From Eledone cirrhosa (taxonomy: Eukaryota), in the NCBI GenBank assembly GCA_964016885.1, contig OZ024764.1, positions 20,150,001 through 20,214,000 of the forward strand: a stretch of DNA of 64,000 nucleotides, written 5' to 3'. The position numbers were made by a program, and so were the translations under genes. How positions within the stretch are numbered: the first letter of the stretch is position 1; each line of letters opens with the position of its first letter. Under the pieces are notes generated by a model. That model made no database searches. It was not told the DNA's origin and saw only the letters and a program-made list of their open reading frames with translations. Of this stretch, positions 36,440-49,750 are shown piece by piece.

Positions 36440-37952
36440 TTACTTAAATTTAGAAACATACAATGTACATACAAATGTTTTAGTAGCATTCATGAATACA
36501 AAGTAATGAAGTAGTTTGACAAAAAACTAAAATTTAACATGTCAACATATACTTGCAGATTGTAACAGCAACAAATACATTGTACACAAATAACAACAGT
36601 TGAAAACTGAACATTTATTTGCTACTATTCAACCATTTTTAGTGTTTTGTCCTGAGGCTTGACACTTCTTTCTGTTGACAATTTTTGGTATATCTGGCTG
36701 AAATGTCTGTACAGTTTCAACTTTAATCAGAGATGACAAGTGTTGATCTGTCAGCCTTGTTCTCTGAGAAGTTTTTGTTAGCTAAGTACAGACTCAGTAT
36801 GGGCAGTGATTTTCAGCTCTTTGCACATAAGAAAATGAATTAAATTTTCATCTGACAACGGAGACTTCCATAAGCTAAGTTTTCTAATGAAGAACTTGAT
36901 GTCATCATACAACTGAGTGATGGGTTTGTTTTTACCTTGTAATTTCAAATTAAGGTCAGTTAATTGTGCAGTAATATCCACAACAAAAGCCAGATGTTGG
37001 AGCCAACTTTCATCTTTTATTTCATCTGTGTTTGGACTTTTCATCTCCAAAAACATAATTATTTCAGCACTTTGTGACATGTCAACCAGCAGACTTCTGT
37101 GTAGAATGGAACATCGGTGAACTGATTATCCATATCTTCCAACAACTGGCTGAACTGACGGTGGTTGAGAGCATGGCCTCTGATTTAGTTCACTGTCTTT
37201 GTGACCAAGCTAAGCACATGATGCAATTTTAAAATCTTTGAACATAAATTTTGCTTATGAATAATACAGTGAAAATGTGCAAATGATGAATCTAGATATG
37301 AGTTTTCTATTTTTGTTTGTAACTTGGCAGCAACACCATTATGTCTACCAACCATATTTGCAGCACTGTCAGTAGATAAACATGCAAGTTTACTCAGATC
37401 AAAACGATGCAGACCCTACTTGACCTTCTCAAAGATGTCCTGGCTTGTTATAGTGTCATGCATGGGGACCTGTTCAATCAGTTCTTCATAAATATTAAAT
37501 TCACTGTCACAGGCCCTGATGAAGAATGCAAGCTGTACTATTCCAGTGATGTCAAACAGTCTCTTCAATAGCAATAGAAACATGTTCAAACCTTGATGAT
37601 ACAGCCTTTAACTGTTGTTTCAGATCACCTGACATTTCATTAATCTGTTCAGCAACAGTGTTCCTGGTTAATGAAATGTCTTTGAATAACGCTGCTTTCT
37701 CCGGACAGTTTCAGCTGTTTTTACAAGACATTGCTTTACAAAATCTCCTTCACTGTAAGATTTCCCACTCATGGCAATTATTCAACTGAGTTCATAGTTT
37801 GCAGTAACGGAAGTGACATCCTCTTCCTGAATTAACATAAAACAGGTCTGTTGCTGTGTCAAGTTAGACTTCAAATCCTTGAGTCTTGAAACACACATTA
37901 GGCCTTCATATTTATCGTAAGATCGAGGGTTTGTTTCATAATGTCTTTTTAA
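36440..37952 (-). mobile_element. hAT (Charlie/Buster, GTF2IRD2-like) transposase relic
   Basis: WLQHLAFVVDITAQLTDLNLKLQG...KLSLW, an HCIIH region and a C-terminal RTRLTD..L motif; paralogous to 57960-59749 with different deletions. Confidence 0.8.
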
Positions 37953-37954
37953 AT

Positions 37955-38950
37955 TTAAAAATTATTTTAAAATAACTTTAAAGATAATTTTAAGGCAACG
38001 TGACCCAACAGGTCGCGGGTGGTCTAGTTTGTTACTAAATACTAGATATTAGAGGGTCTTGTTCTAGATGTGCTGGAAGAGCCATTCCATCTCGTGAGGC
38101 TCACACCAGCAGCTAGCCACCTCAGCACCTATGGTGGTATATTTATTATATTATTTATTCTTTATCATTAACATTAATATAAAAGATAATTATATATTTT
38201 TAGAGAAGAACCTCTAACTTCATATAGCTTAGGGCTTCAGTAGGTAAATGTCTGGCCCTGCTTGTCTTGTATTTTTTAGGGGAGAAGTTAGGGAATACTG
38301 TTATTGTGTGAAAGTTTTCTAAATCTTCTTCAGCCACTAACATGGAGAAGATATTTCAGTAAGAAGGTTCACATCCTGACATCTATAGCTGTTAACAAGG
38401 AGATTGGAATTCATTATTAAACAAATGTTATATCATCATCACTGTTTAACATCAGTTTTTCCATGCTGGCATGGGTTAGACGAGTTATCCTGTTGTAAGC
38501 AATGTCAGGTCAGGTGACCACGTCTTGCTCCTACAGAACCAATTTTGGTTTGGTTTCTACAGCTGGATGCCCTTCCTAGTACCAACCTTATTTACATTGA
38601 GTACTGGGTGCTTTTTACTATCTCACCATCACGACCACTTCACAGTGTGGGCTGGGTACTTTTTTACTTTTTGTCATGGCACCTACATGACCACTTTACA
38701 GTGAGTACTGGGTACTTTTTATCGTGACACCTACAGTACCACTTTACAGGGTGGACTGGGTTCTTTTTGCCATGATACCAATGTGACCACTTTACAGTGT
38801 GGATTGGGTACTTTTTGTCGTGACACCTACATGACCACTTTACAATGTGGAATGGGTACTTTTTGTTGTGAAACCTACATGACCACTTTACGGTGTGGAT
38901 TGGGTACTTTTTGTCATGACACCTACACAACCGCTTTACAGTGTTGGCAG
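37955..38950. repeat. Internal direct duplication of ~34410-35100 continuing into a unit-A-type 48-bp array
   Basis: The Helitron 3' end, spacer and RTE tail are repeated ~3.54 kb apart. Confidence 0.85.
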
Positions 38951-39027
38951 TGAAATCTAATGCACCAGCTTCAGTAATCAGAATATACATATACACACAC
39001 ACAAACACAAATATATATATATATATT

Positions 39028-41095
39028 CAGTGGTACCTTGACTTACAAGTGTCCCAACTAATAAGTTTTTCGAGATACGAGCCCTCTTTCGGCTGATTTT
39101 TTGCGTTGAGTTCCAGAGTAAAATTCAGGTTACGAGTCAGCTTCAGATGCCCCGCCACTAGTTGGCATAGTGACCACCACAGGCAATACCGTAACACCCG
39201 CCCGACATCCCATGGCTTCGAAGAAAGTGAGGGCGAAGGACAGTGCTGAGAAGAAGAGGCAGATGATGTGTATTGAATTAAAGAAAGAAATTATAGAAAA
39301 ACATGACCAACGTGTGTAGTGGACTTGGTGAAGCAGTACGAGCGTAGCACTTCTACGATATGTACCATACTGAAGTAGAAGGACTTGATAAAGGCTATAA
39401 CCCCAGCTAAGGGTGGTAAAGTAATTTCTAAACAGCGGACATCTATCCATGAAAATATGGAAAAGCTGCTGATGGTGTGGTTGACGGAGAAGCAGCTCGC
39501 AAGAGATACTGTGATGAAGATTATAATATGTGAGAAGGCACGAGCTATTTACACTGATTTGCTGCAGCAGACCCCAGGTACTTCTACGGACGAGGCATCG
39601 GCAAGCCCTTTAATGCCAGTCGGGGTTGGTTTGAGAATTTTAAAAAGAGGACCGGCATTCACTCCGTTGTCAGGAATGGTGAGGCAGCGAGCGCGGATAT
39701 GAAGGCAGCTGAGGATTACCTCAAAACCTTTGCCTGAATTATAGCAGCCAAAGGATACACCCCTCAGCAAGTCTTTAACTGTGATGAAACAGGACTTTTT
39801 GGGAAGAAGATGCCAAGGAGGACTTATATAACGGCAGAGGAGAAGAGGATCCCTGGCCACAAACCCATGAAGGATAGGCTAACCCTCGCACTGTGCCATT
39901 GCGAGCGGTGACTGTAAGATTAAGTTGCCGCTCGTTTATCATTCGGACAATTCCAGAGCCTTTAAGTCATATAAGATTCTGTAAGAAAGACTGCAGGTTA
40001 TGTGGAGGGCAAACCCGAGGTCATGGGTCACCAGGCAGTTCTTTGTGGAGTGGGTGAATTTGGTCTTTGGTCCTGACGTTAAAAAATATCTCCAGGAAAA
40101 TAACCTACCCCTGTAAACCCTTCTTGTCCTACATAATGCACCTGCTCACCAACCCACCCTCGAAGAGTTCAAGTTTATAAAGGTTCTCTACCTTCCACCA
40201 AACACCACCCCTATCCTACAGACCAAGGACCAGCAGGTACTTTCTAATTTCAAGAAGCTCTTCACCAAGCACCTGTTCAGTCGCTGCTTTGAAGTGACGG
40301 AGAGCACAAACTTCACCCTTGAGAGGTCTGGAAGGACCATTATAACATCGTGATATGCCTCAGAATTATCGATATGACCTGCCAGGGTCTTACAAAGAGG
40401 ACCTTGACCTCTACATGGAAGAAGCTGTGGCCTGAGGTTGTGTCTAAAACAGACTTTGAAAGACGCGAACCCGAAGCGGCAGTGGTGGAGGAGATTGTAC
40501 CCCTCGGTAACTCCATGGGCCTGGACATGGATGAAGGTGACATCAACGAGCTCATCGAGGAGCAGTCCGAGGAGATGACAACGAAGGAATTAAAGGAGCT
40601 ACAGACACAGCAACACGCGGAGGTTTTGCAGGAAATAGGTGACACAGAGCAGGTTATCTCAACGAGTGAGATGAAACAAACCTCATTACACAGGTTTTTA
40701 TTGAAAATCCCTGCAGATAAAAGTGAGGAAAGCGTGGCGAAAAGGGCAAAAATCAGCGAATAAGATTCAGTTATTCAGTTCATCCTTTCTCCTCCGTCAA
40801 CATCCTCAAGTCGTCTGATCTCCAAGATAGATGCTGTACATTATACTTAATAAAACCAGTTTGTTGCAGTACATTCTATTGTATTGTTTTTTATATACAA
40901 TATTTGTCATTTATAAGTACATTTTTCTTATTTAAAAACATGTAACAAAACAAACTGTGGTTTGGGGGGGGGGGGGTCTGGAACGGATTAATGGCATATT
41001 CTATTTCAGTGGGGAAAATTGATTTGACATACGAGTAATTTAAGTTACGAGGTCCTCCACGGAACAAATTAAACTCATAAGTCAAGGTACAACAG
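39028..41095 (+). mobile_element. Tigger/pogo transposon (duplicated with the unit)
   Basis: Same TIRs, flanks and several shared stops as 12691-14754. Confidence 0.9.
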
Positions 41096-42217
41096 TGTGT
41101 GTGTGTATATATATGAAGGAACGATCGACTTTCGTCATATCGGACCGAGGAAGTAATGTTTCCATTGGTCTTTCCAATTGCTAGTACTATCGGTCGCAAC
41201 TCCAGGTAGAAGGAACAACGTGAAATAAAGTGTCTTGCTCAAGGTGATAACGCATCGCCTGGTCCAGGAATCGAACTCACAACCTCAAGATATATATATA
41301 TATATATAAATGAAGAATATAGAAATTATTGTAGCAAAAAGCCAACAGTATTCCATTATATATATATATATATATATAGTATAAAAGAGAAAACACAGGT
41401 AAGCATTAAGAGAAGGATTTTATCCAGGTATTTACGACCGTTTCATTGGTAAGTGCAACCTTATATTTCTATCCTGCAAATAGCACCCACTCAATTATAA
41501 TTGTTGTTCACAGTTCAAATTTTCAAAACAGTAAGTTACTCTTGAAATAATTCTTAATATATAGAGAAAAACATTTATTTGGAATTGTATTTACTAGTAT
41601 AGAGAGAGAGGAATCAGAAGGTGAGGGGACAGACGGAATAGTATAGAGAGAGAGGAAGTAGAGTGACAAATGGAGGGAGGGGTAGAGGTGGAAGGATTCT
41701 TTGGTCAGCTTTGACAGCAGACTTCATGTCGTGGAATGTAGTGAGTTAAAGAGAATTAAATTGATCATTTTTGGAGGGATGGATATATATATATATAGTT
41801 AAATATTAGACAGGAACAAAAAACAGGCAGTGCAAATGGTAGTTTATACCGAGAGAGAGACAGACAAACACATCTATACCCCTACTACAGTAAAACATAA
41901 AACATATGTAAGGGGAGACAACTCTCGTTACATCCCCCCTTCTTTTTGATATACGTCCTTTACATACTTTGTTCAATGGAATCTGCTTTATTTTGTGTCC
42001 TAAGTAGATTTCTGTTTAATTATTTACGAGATTCACAATGATTCACGTAACCAAGTTACTTACATAGAGATATATTTCACATAGAATCACAACAAATGAA
42101 AATATTAAGTCAACACTCTGTCAATCAGTCTCACATCACATGGGGTGCTGGAGTCTCCCTCTAATACTTTCTGAGATAGTCTTACCTCGAGTGATAGCAA
42201 GGCTAAGATGTTGGAAC

Positions 42218-44568
42218 TTTAGCAGTATTAGTTGTAGATGTTATCGAGATGCAAGTGACATAATAACAGCAGAAATTAGAGATGAAATATACGTTTATTT
42301 TTTTGTTGTAGCACAAACAATGGTGTTGTACAGAGGCTGGTATTTGGCGTGTGATCCGTCGGCTTTCCAGTGGCTGTCTGTCTTTTCTTTCTGGCGTTCT
42401 CAACCGGCGTTGTTCTATCAAGGAGCGTGAGGCGTCTTACTACAGTACCCCGAGCCAGATTTTGAAATTATCGAAAATCGATGTCATTACTCACATGTGG
42501 AGTAAGATGGCGAACAATGCAACAAGGGGGAGCTATCCGCTCTAGCACAAATTGAATCCAGAATAAGGATTTGAAAAATGTTAAAAAAAAAACGACATGC
42601 AAGCATAAAAAAAACAAGGCAAAGAAAAAGCAGAAACACAGAGGCCAAAAAAAAGGTGCAGCTAACATAGTCTAAATATAGACGGTGCTGCAAAGTTTTT
42701 TGGGCCAGTGGACCCTACGACCTGAACGGGTCGTGGTCTTGTAACGTGGCGATGGTGGTGGTGTAGGGACAGGCGATGATGGTGGATCAGGAATAGTCGT
42801 TCGCTCAACAGGCAAATACGAAGGGGTTCGTGGATCAGGAACCACAGCGTCCGTATCAAGGTGCGCCTGCCTAAGCCTGTCTAATGTAACTGTCACCCTG
42901 GACCCCTTAATATCTAACGTGAAATGCTTAGCCGAGCGCGCTAAGACACGGTAAGGCTGTGTGAGCGGGGGCTTCACCGTATCATTCCTTACAAAGACAT
43001 GCGTCCACGAGGCAATATCCCTCGGGACAGCAGTCTTGACAGTTTGTTTCCTAGTGTCCATTGGCGGCAAATCCTGGAAATAGGAGCGCAAACGGGACAC
43101 GTAGGAAGCGTGATCTTGGGCATCAAGATCGATAGGGGCAAGCATTTGCCCGGGCAACGTCAGAGGGGCACCGTACAGTACTTCGGCCGGTGAAAATCCA
43201 AAGTTGACCTTCACTGTTGACCGAATCCCTAGTAGCACAATAGGGAGGTACTCGCTCCAATGCGCCGAGTCCATTGAGGCCATTAAGGAGGCCTTCAGTT
43301 GGCGGTGAAAACGCTCCACCATACCATTCGAAGCGGGATGGTATGCCGTAGTTCGAATGCGTTTAGCACCAATTATTTTTGACAGCTCGAGGAAAAGGCT
43401 CGACTCGAACTGTCGTCCACGGTCGGTAGTTATTGTGGATGGAACTCCATAACGAGAGATCCATCCAGACACAAGAGCACGTGGTGTTGTCTCCGCGGTG
43501 ATGTTTTTCAAGGGGATGGCCTCGGGCCATCTCGAAAAACGGTCAATGACGGTAAGTAGATAAGAAAAACCATCGCTGACAGGCCAAGGTCCCACTATGT
43601 CAATATGAATATGCGAAAAACGCGCATCTGGGTTAGCAAAGGTACCCAGGGGAGCCTTGACGTGTCGATGGACCTTTGATCTCTGGCAAGCGACGCAGGA
43701 ACGGCACCAAGCAGCAATTTCACGTCTCATATTTGGCCAGAAAAATCTAGCTGATATGAACTTTGCTGTGGCAGAAGATCCTGGATGCGAGATACAATGT
43801 AATCCCAGAAACACGGTCCGACGATGATTCTCTGGAACGAAGGGCCTAGGCACGTCCAAAGAGACGTCGCAGAGAATTTGGCCAACTGCAGTCGACAGAG
43901 GCAAGTATTTCATCTCGCAATTCGCAAACTCGGGCGATGTGACATCCAATGACTCAAGGGGAGGCTGATCCGCAGCCAAACGAGTCAGATCTATGTCAGA
44001 GGATGACGAGATCGCTGTCGCGGGCAAGCGTGACAAAGCATCGGCCGCTGTATTTAGTGAACGCGGAATGTGCTGGATATCACTCGTATATTGCGAGATG
44101 AAATCAAGGTGTCTCGTCTCTCTGGGCGAGTATTTATCAGCCTTCGCTCTCAAAGCAAAAGTCAATGGTTTATGGTCAGTGAGGATAGTAAATTGTCTAC
44201 CCTCTAGCACATGTGAAAAATGGTTCACGGCCAAATAGATGGCTAAAAGCTCTCTTCCAAAAAAAGGCCTACAATGTGGCAATAAAAGTTCAATTGATGA
44301 AAAAGAAGGGCTACATTAAATTCTTACGTCGGGGTCACCACTTTAGCATTATTAGTTGTAGATGTTATCGAGATGCAAGTGACATAATAACAGCAGAAAT
44401 TAGAGATGAAATATACGTTTATTTTTTTGTTGTAGCACAAACAATGGTGTTGTACAGAGGCTGGTATTTGGCGTGTGATCCGTCGGCTTTCCAGTGGCTG
44501 TCTGTCTTTTCTTTCTGGCGTTCTCAACCGGCGTTGTTCTATCAAGAAGCGTGAGGCGTCTTACTACA
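42218..44568 (-). mobile_element. Internally deleted Gypsy element with two 227-bp LTRs, tRNA-Trp PBS and TSD
   Basis: LTRs at 42218-42444 and 44342-44568 (2 mismatches seen). TSD GAAC(T) at 42214 and 44569; PBS TGGTGACCCCGACGT at 44340-44326. Empty site ttggaactaccaaac at ~15947, ~19702 and ~61132. Confidence 0.92.
42672..44282 (-). CDS. Gypsy RNase H C-terminus plus integrase, uninterrupted frame (no ATG at the frame start)
   Basis: RELLAI, TDHKPL, ADALSR; HHCC motif (H..SHPG...CVAC); DDE motifs [14 protein letters not shown] and GMVERFH. Confidence 0.75.
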   Translation of the reverse strand: MPHCRPFFGRELLAIYLAVNHFSHVLEGRQFTILTDHKPLTFALRAKADKYSPRETRHLDFISQYTSDIQHIPRSLNTAADALSRLPATAISSSSDIDLTRLAADQPPLESLDVTSPEFANCEMKYLPLSTAVGQILCDVSLDVPRPFVPENHRRTVFLGLHCISHPGSSATAKFISARFFWPNMRREIAAWCRSCVACQRSKVHRHVKAPLGTFANPDARFSHIHIDIVGPWPVSDGFSYLLTVIDRFSRWPEAIPLKNITAETTPRALVSGWISRYGVPSTITTDRGRQFESSLFLELSKIIGAKRIRTTAYHPASNGMVERFHRQLKASLMASMDSAHWSEYLPIVLLGIRSTVKVNFGFSPAEVLYGAPLTLPGQMLAPIDLDAQDHASYVSRLRSYFQDLPPMDTRKQTVKTAVPRDIASWTHVFVRNDTVKPPLTQPYRVLARSAKHFTLDIKGSRVTVTLDRLRQAHLDTDAVVPDPRTPSYLPVERTTIPDPPSSPVPTPPPSPRYKTTTRSGRRVHWPKKLCSTVYI

Positions 44569-45171
44569 GAACTACCAAACACCCTCACATGTATCACCTG
44601 ACACCTCGGTAAGGAAAGCTGCCAACGATAACAAGAACCTCGTTGTCAGGGACCTATCTCCTCCAAACTTCTCCAACACCACAGACTAGAATATTCAACT
44701 CTTTATTCCCTATCAAATATATTTCAGTCTAGTCATTTGTCTTGTATATGTATTTTCAAAACTAACTGTCACATTTGTGAGACCCCAGTTAGTGATGTTT
44801 TTCTCTCCCTCCCACATGCTACATGCTGTAGTAAAAATGAGGGTCACTGCTTCCGTAGACGAACGAAATAAAAGCTAAACTACCAGTAATTATCGGCAAA
44901 GTATTTATTCCAGTCTGTGATGTTTGAGAAGCTGGGCTGCTGACAACGAAGTTGTGGTCACTGTTGGCGGCTGGCTTTACCGAAGTACCCGATGACTCTT
45001 GTGAGGGTACTTAGCTGTTCTGGCGGTTTAGCCCCCATATGACCCGATCTTACCGAGATACCCGGTGATCTCTGTAAGAGTACTTAGCTGTTCTATTTTA
45101 ATTACATTTACTGATTTCAACTTTCATTTTTTTTTTACGAACTTTACATAATTTAATTCGGTAAAAATATT

Positions 45172-45316
45172 TTACGTCACAAAAAAACTTGACCTTTGAC
45201 ATTGAAGCATGCGCAGTGGTGCAGTTGTCGACTTCCTGTCCACGTGTTAGTCTTCCTACAACAACATTTAGAAAACATTTCTGTAAATACTAAACACCTG
45301 AGACTATAATGTAAGT
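45172..45316 (+). promoter_or_regulatory. Candidate promoter and first exon for ZNF-C
   Basis: TTACGTCA at 45172, GCATGCGCA at 45207, ACTTCCTG at 45231, CACGTG at 45241, donor GTAAGT at 45311. Confidence 0.45.
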
Positions 45317-46249
45317 ATTATGTCTATTAATATTGTAGATTTAAGCTCACTTTTCACATCACAAATATATATTTTCTTGTTTGTTTCATTACTGGAAATA
45401 TAAAATGTTATCGTAATTATCTATATTTTACCTACCTCTAATTAATTAAAGTGAAAACTTTTGTTGTTGCTGAAAAATAAATTAACAAAACTAAATATTT
45501 AAATATTGTAAAGGTCGTTTTTATATTATGTGATGATATAATTAATATATTTTATTACAATTGTATAAATTTACAGTAGAATAACGTTGTAAATATGTTT
45601 TAAATATATACATAAATAACATAAGTGTGTAAATAACATTATAAATTGCTGGCAATTCCTTGAGAAAGACATTACAAATATATTGTCTAAACTGTGTATA
45701 ATAATATAATTTATTGAACAATAATGATAAAGGAAAGAAAAACACAGTGGGAGATGGCAATTCACCACCAAACGAGGTAAACATTTTCAACTTTCCCCTT
45801 TTTTTGCTTTGTCCGAGACAACTCAAAATATTCTTCAAGGAACTGGATTTTCCATTCGGTTGGATCGAACGGATTTTACCATTTATAATCTACGGAGAGG
45901 AATAACAGATGTTCGGAGGAAAAAAGAATTGTTTGTGGCAACAACGTAGGGAACCAACCTGGAGCAATTGTATCACACAATTATACTTTCCTCCGTCAAT
46001 TTTTCAAAATCAAACCCCCCAAATATGAAATATAAATAATTATAAATGGCGAGGAACCATCCCATCTCCCTCTTGAAATAACCTGAATCTATTTATAGTC
46101 AGGTGTGACTGAAAGGTCAATCCATACTTCCATTCTATTTCACAGAATTAGAAGCTTTGACCACTTGATAGAATTCAGGTCCAGTAATGTAATCATTCCG
46201 TAATTGTAAACATCTTGTATCACTATCATTCAGGTTTTGATTTTACTTA

Positions 46250-49200
46250 AGTCTTGCCCATGTTTTTTTGTTTTTTTTCTTTTTGACACAAACTCACAAT
46301 TTCGGTTTTTACTGCGGATTTACCCATGCGAACTATTACACAAACTCACAGCCTTAGATTTTGTATTTCTTGCGTTTTTATTTTCCTTCTCTTTGCATGT
46401 TCAGTGCTCTTTCTCTCCCACTGTATTTACCTGCCTCTCACATGACCACACTCCTCTCCACGCACTCATCATCTTCTCACTCCTTCTCCACCTTCCATCC
46501 CTCCCCTTGCTCAACCCTTACTTCCTCCTCGCGCACAGCCCACCTAGGTATTCGTTCAACCCGCCGGTGGCCCGATGTTTCGACCGAACTATTACCGGCG
46601 ATTGCCGATTGCTAAAGTTGCCACCACTTTAACCTAGTCCACTCTAGGTGGCGTTGGCATGCGTCGAACGACCAAGAGACCTGCTTGGTGGAACGACTAA
46701 TGTGACAACCGGTCAGCCTTCGACCTCTCATTCTCCACCAACGGCAGCACGCACGAGAGGAGCTAACTTGACCCCACCTACCCCTCCTCTCCTTCACGGC
46801 AGATTCCGAACGAATCCAACCCGGCCAACCACACCACCCCTACAACTGTTAGCTCACCACCCAACCTCCGCTTTAGTCCCACCGTTAGAACCACTGTTGT
46901 CTCCTTTACTGACTCACTCCCTTCACCGAATTCCAACGCTGGCCCTCTACTGCCGGCTGTTGCCAGCCCGCCACCTGATTGCGCCCTCTGTGCCCGCACT
47001 AACCAGTACTTAAAGACAATTAAATGTCACCTATGCCACGCAAGCTACCACAGAAGCTGTGTCGGCATCACCAAAGCTCAAGCCGAAAGGCTTCAACACT
47101 GGACCTGTCATCGGTGCCACTTCAGCTCTGACTATTCTGTGGGGATGACCAACACTCTACCGACGACTTTTCACAGCCCCCCCAGGGCGTCTCCAAATCA
47201 AAGCTCGTTAACCGGACACTTAAGGGAGCTCGGAACAGCTTTGCAGGTGCCCTCTCTAATTTACTGAAAAACGTTTGCTCGTCCAACAATAGTCTGGCAG
47301 AAATTGTTTTGTTTCCCCTCATCTCTCTTCACGTGCACAATGCGAACTCGGGTTCCCTCAAGTCCTCTCTCAAGCGGCAGTTCCAGCTGTTTGAGTCCAC
47401 CCCAACCACGTCTCATCTCAGTTCGTCTCCGAGCTCGGTGTCCACCAACAGACAACCGGTAGACCTCAAGCGAGCCGTCAATGCCAAATTCAGCGAATTT
47501 GACATTAAAGGGGCTGTCCTCCCTTGCTCCATGCAACTCTGACTCTCGTGAGCGTCTGAAAGAGAAGCACCCCAGATGATCAGCAACACTGGCCCGAACC
47601 ACCAGAATACTTGAGACCGGTTTACACCACCAATATCATCAGAAAGGCGATTTCATCCTTCCCCGCTGTGTCAGGCGCGGGAATTGACGTCCTTCATCCT
47701 CAACATCTCAAGGATGGTATCTCCTTATCGGCCGGTGATGCCGGACTCGAGCTCTTACAGAGTCTGACTCAGTTTGTGAATCAGTGAACGTTCTCCCGTT
47801 CATCCGCCCACTGTTCTTCGGTGCGAAGCTATTTGGTCTCACCAAGCCCAACGGGGACCTGCGCCGCATTGCGGTTGGCTGCACACCTCACCGCCTCACT
47901 GCAAAGGCGTGATTGCTGTTGGTCTCCAACCCACTGGCGGAGGAATTTTCCCCCATCCAGCTGTGGGTGGGTACCAGGTTGGGATGTGTGGCTGCTGTCC
48001 ACGCTGCCAGAACATTTGCCAACTTGCCCTCCTCATCCCCCAAGGTCATCCTCAAACTTGACCTCAGGAATGCCTTCAACTCCGTCAGCCGTAACATCGT
48101 CCTCGGCTCAGTAAGAGAGAGGGTCCCACAACTCTACCACTTTGCTTGGCAGGCTTATCGGGAGCCCTCCTACCTCTCTTTCAGTGACCAGATCATCACC
48201 TCTGCCTCAGGAGTCCAACAGGGTTACCCACTCGGGACCCCCCCCCCCCCCCCGCACTGGACATTGATGACGTCACCATGATGAGGGCTGAGTTGGACCT
48301 CAATGTCTGGTAGCTCGACGACGCCTGTTTGGGGGGAACTCTGGATATGGTTCTCGCCACTGCCAACAGGATGGTGGAGGAGCTTGGCGCCGGGGTCTCC
48401 AGATCAATAGCTCCAAATGTGAGCTCTGGATCCTCAACCACCTGGCTTCTTAACACCAACAGCTGATCGACCTGTTCGCAGAGTCCTTCCCTTCCATCAC
48501 GGTCCCTCCCCCGTCAGCTTGGTGCTCCTTAGGAGCCCCGATCACAGACCTGGCCTTCGAGTCAACCATCCAATTGAAGATATCGAACCCCATCAAGGTT
48601 TCTTCTTACTCAGGAACTACCTGTCTATTCCTAAGCTTCTGTATCTGCTCAGGGTCAGCCCCTCTCACAGATTTCCATCCTGCCTCCAACGCTTCGACGA
48701 CCTAATCTTCGAGAGACTCGAGTGTCTGGTCAATGTTAGTAAGTGTTCGTCCCTCTCTCTGCCCTGCTTCCTTTCCTCCACCCAAGCTTGCAGCATCCTC
48801 TCCTCTCCAACATGGACTAGTTCAAACAGGGAGTTGTGTGAAGCTCTCCAGCAATGGAGTGAGTTGGGCTTGTCTCTTCCTGAGAAGGTGGAGGACAGTC
48901 GAAGTCAGAGAACTTGGGACAGGATACGTTGGAATGCCACCTTCGACTCCCTCTTCGTCCTCTCAGATCAGTTTACAAGGTGCCGCTTACCATCTGCCAG
49001 CGCCAAATACTCCGGTGACTGGGTCGATGCCTTACCCGTGGCCAACATTGGAGGCCTACTCAGCCTGGATGAACTTCGTGTCTCCATCACCCTCAGAGTG
49101 GGAGCTGACGTCTGCATGGGTTTGAGATGTGGCTAACTCCTCGACTCCACAGGCCCCCACAGTCTTTCTTGCTGCCTGAATGCCGGCCACTTCGCCCGTC

Positions 49201-49750
49201 ACACGGAGCTAAACTTTATTCTGAAGAGAGCTTTGGCCCGGGCAAACATCCCCTCAGTCTTGGAACCATCTGGGTTGTCCAGAAGTGACGGCAAAAGACC
49301 TGACGGCCTTACCCTGTGCTCCTGGTCGAGAGGCAGGTGCCTAATCTGGGACGTCACTGTTAGTGACTCCTTTGCTCTTTCCCACATCCTTGATGCTGCG
49401 GTAAGGACGAGAGCCACAGCTTCGGCAGCCGAGCGGAGTAAGACCCTCAAATACTCTGATCTGTCGGCCAGCTACATTTTTCAGCCTGTGGCTTTCGAGA
49501 CGTTTGGGGGAGTCGGGTCGCTGACTGCGAGGTTCCTTTCTTCACTGGCGAAATCGCGAGGGTGCTTGGCTGTTCCAGCACCTCAGCCTCGCCATCACCC
49601 GAGGTAACACTGCCAGTGTGCTGGCTTGCCTCAAAACTCATTAGAGAGGTTTCCCAGTACCCCTCGTTGCTGTCTTTTGCTCTGGTGTTGGCTCCGTTGT
49701 CCACCCCTTCCTTTACATTGTCTTTAATATTGCAACATTGAAGGAATTTA
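46250..49750 (+). mobile_element. CRE-like (RLE-type) non-LTR retrotransposon relic with an N-terminal PHD finger
   Basis: PHD CALC...CHLC....H..C...WTCHRC at ~46979-47120; RT LDLRNAFNSVSR, GVQQG.PLG, W*LDD; RLE RHTELN...GKRPDG...WDVT...PVAFETFGG. Many frameshifts; ends approximate. Confidence 0.8.

Noticed and set aside
44326-44340. tRNA-Trp 3' end sequence ending in CCA
   Set aside because: Only 15 nt and adjacent to an LTR; it is a primer-binding site, not a tRNA gene.
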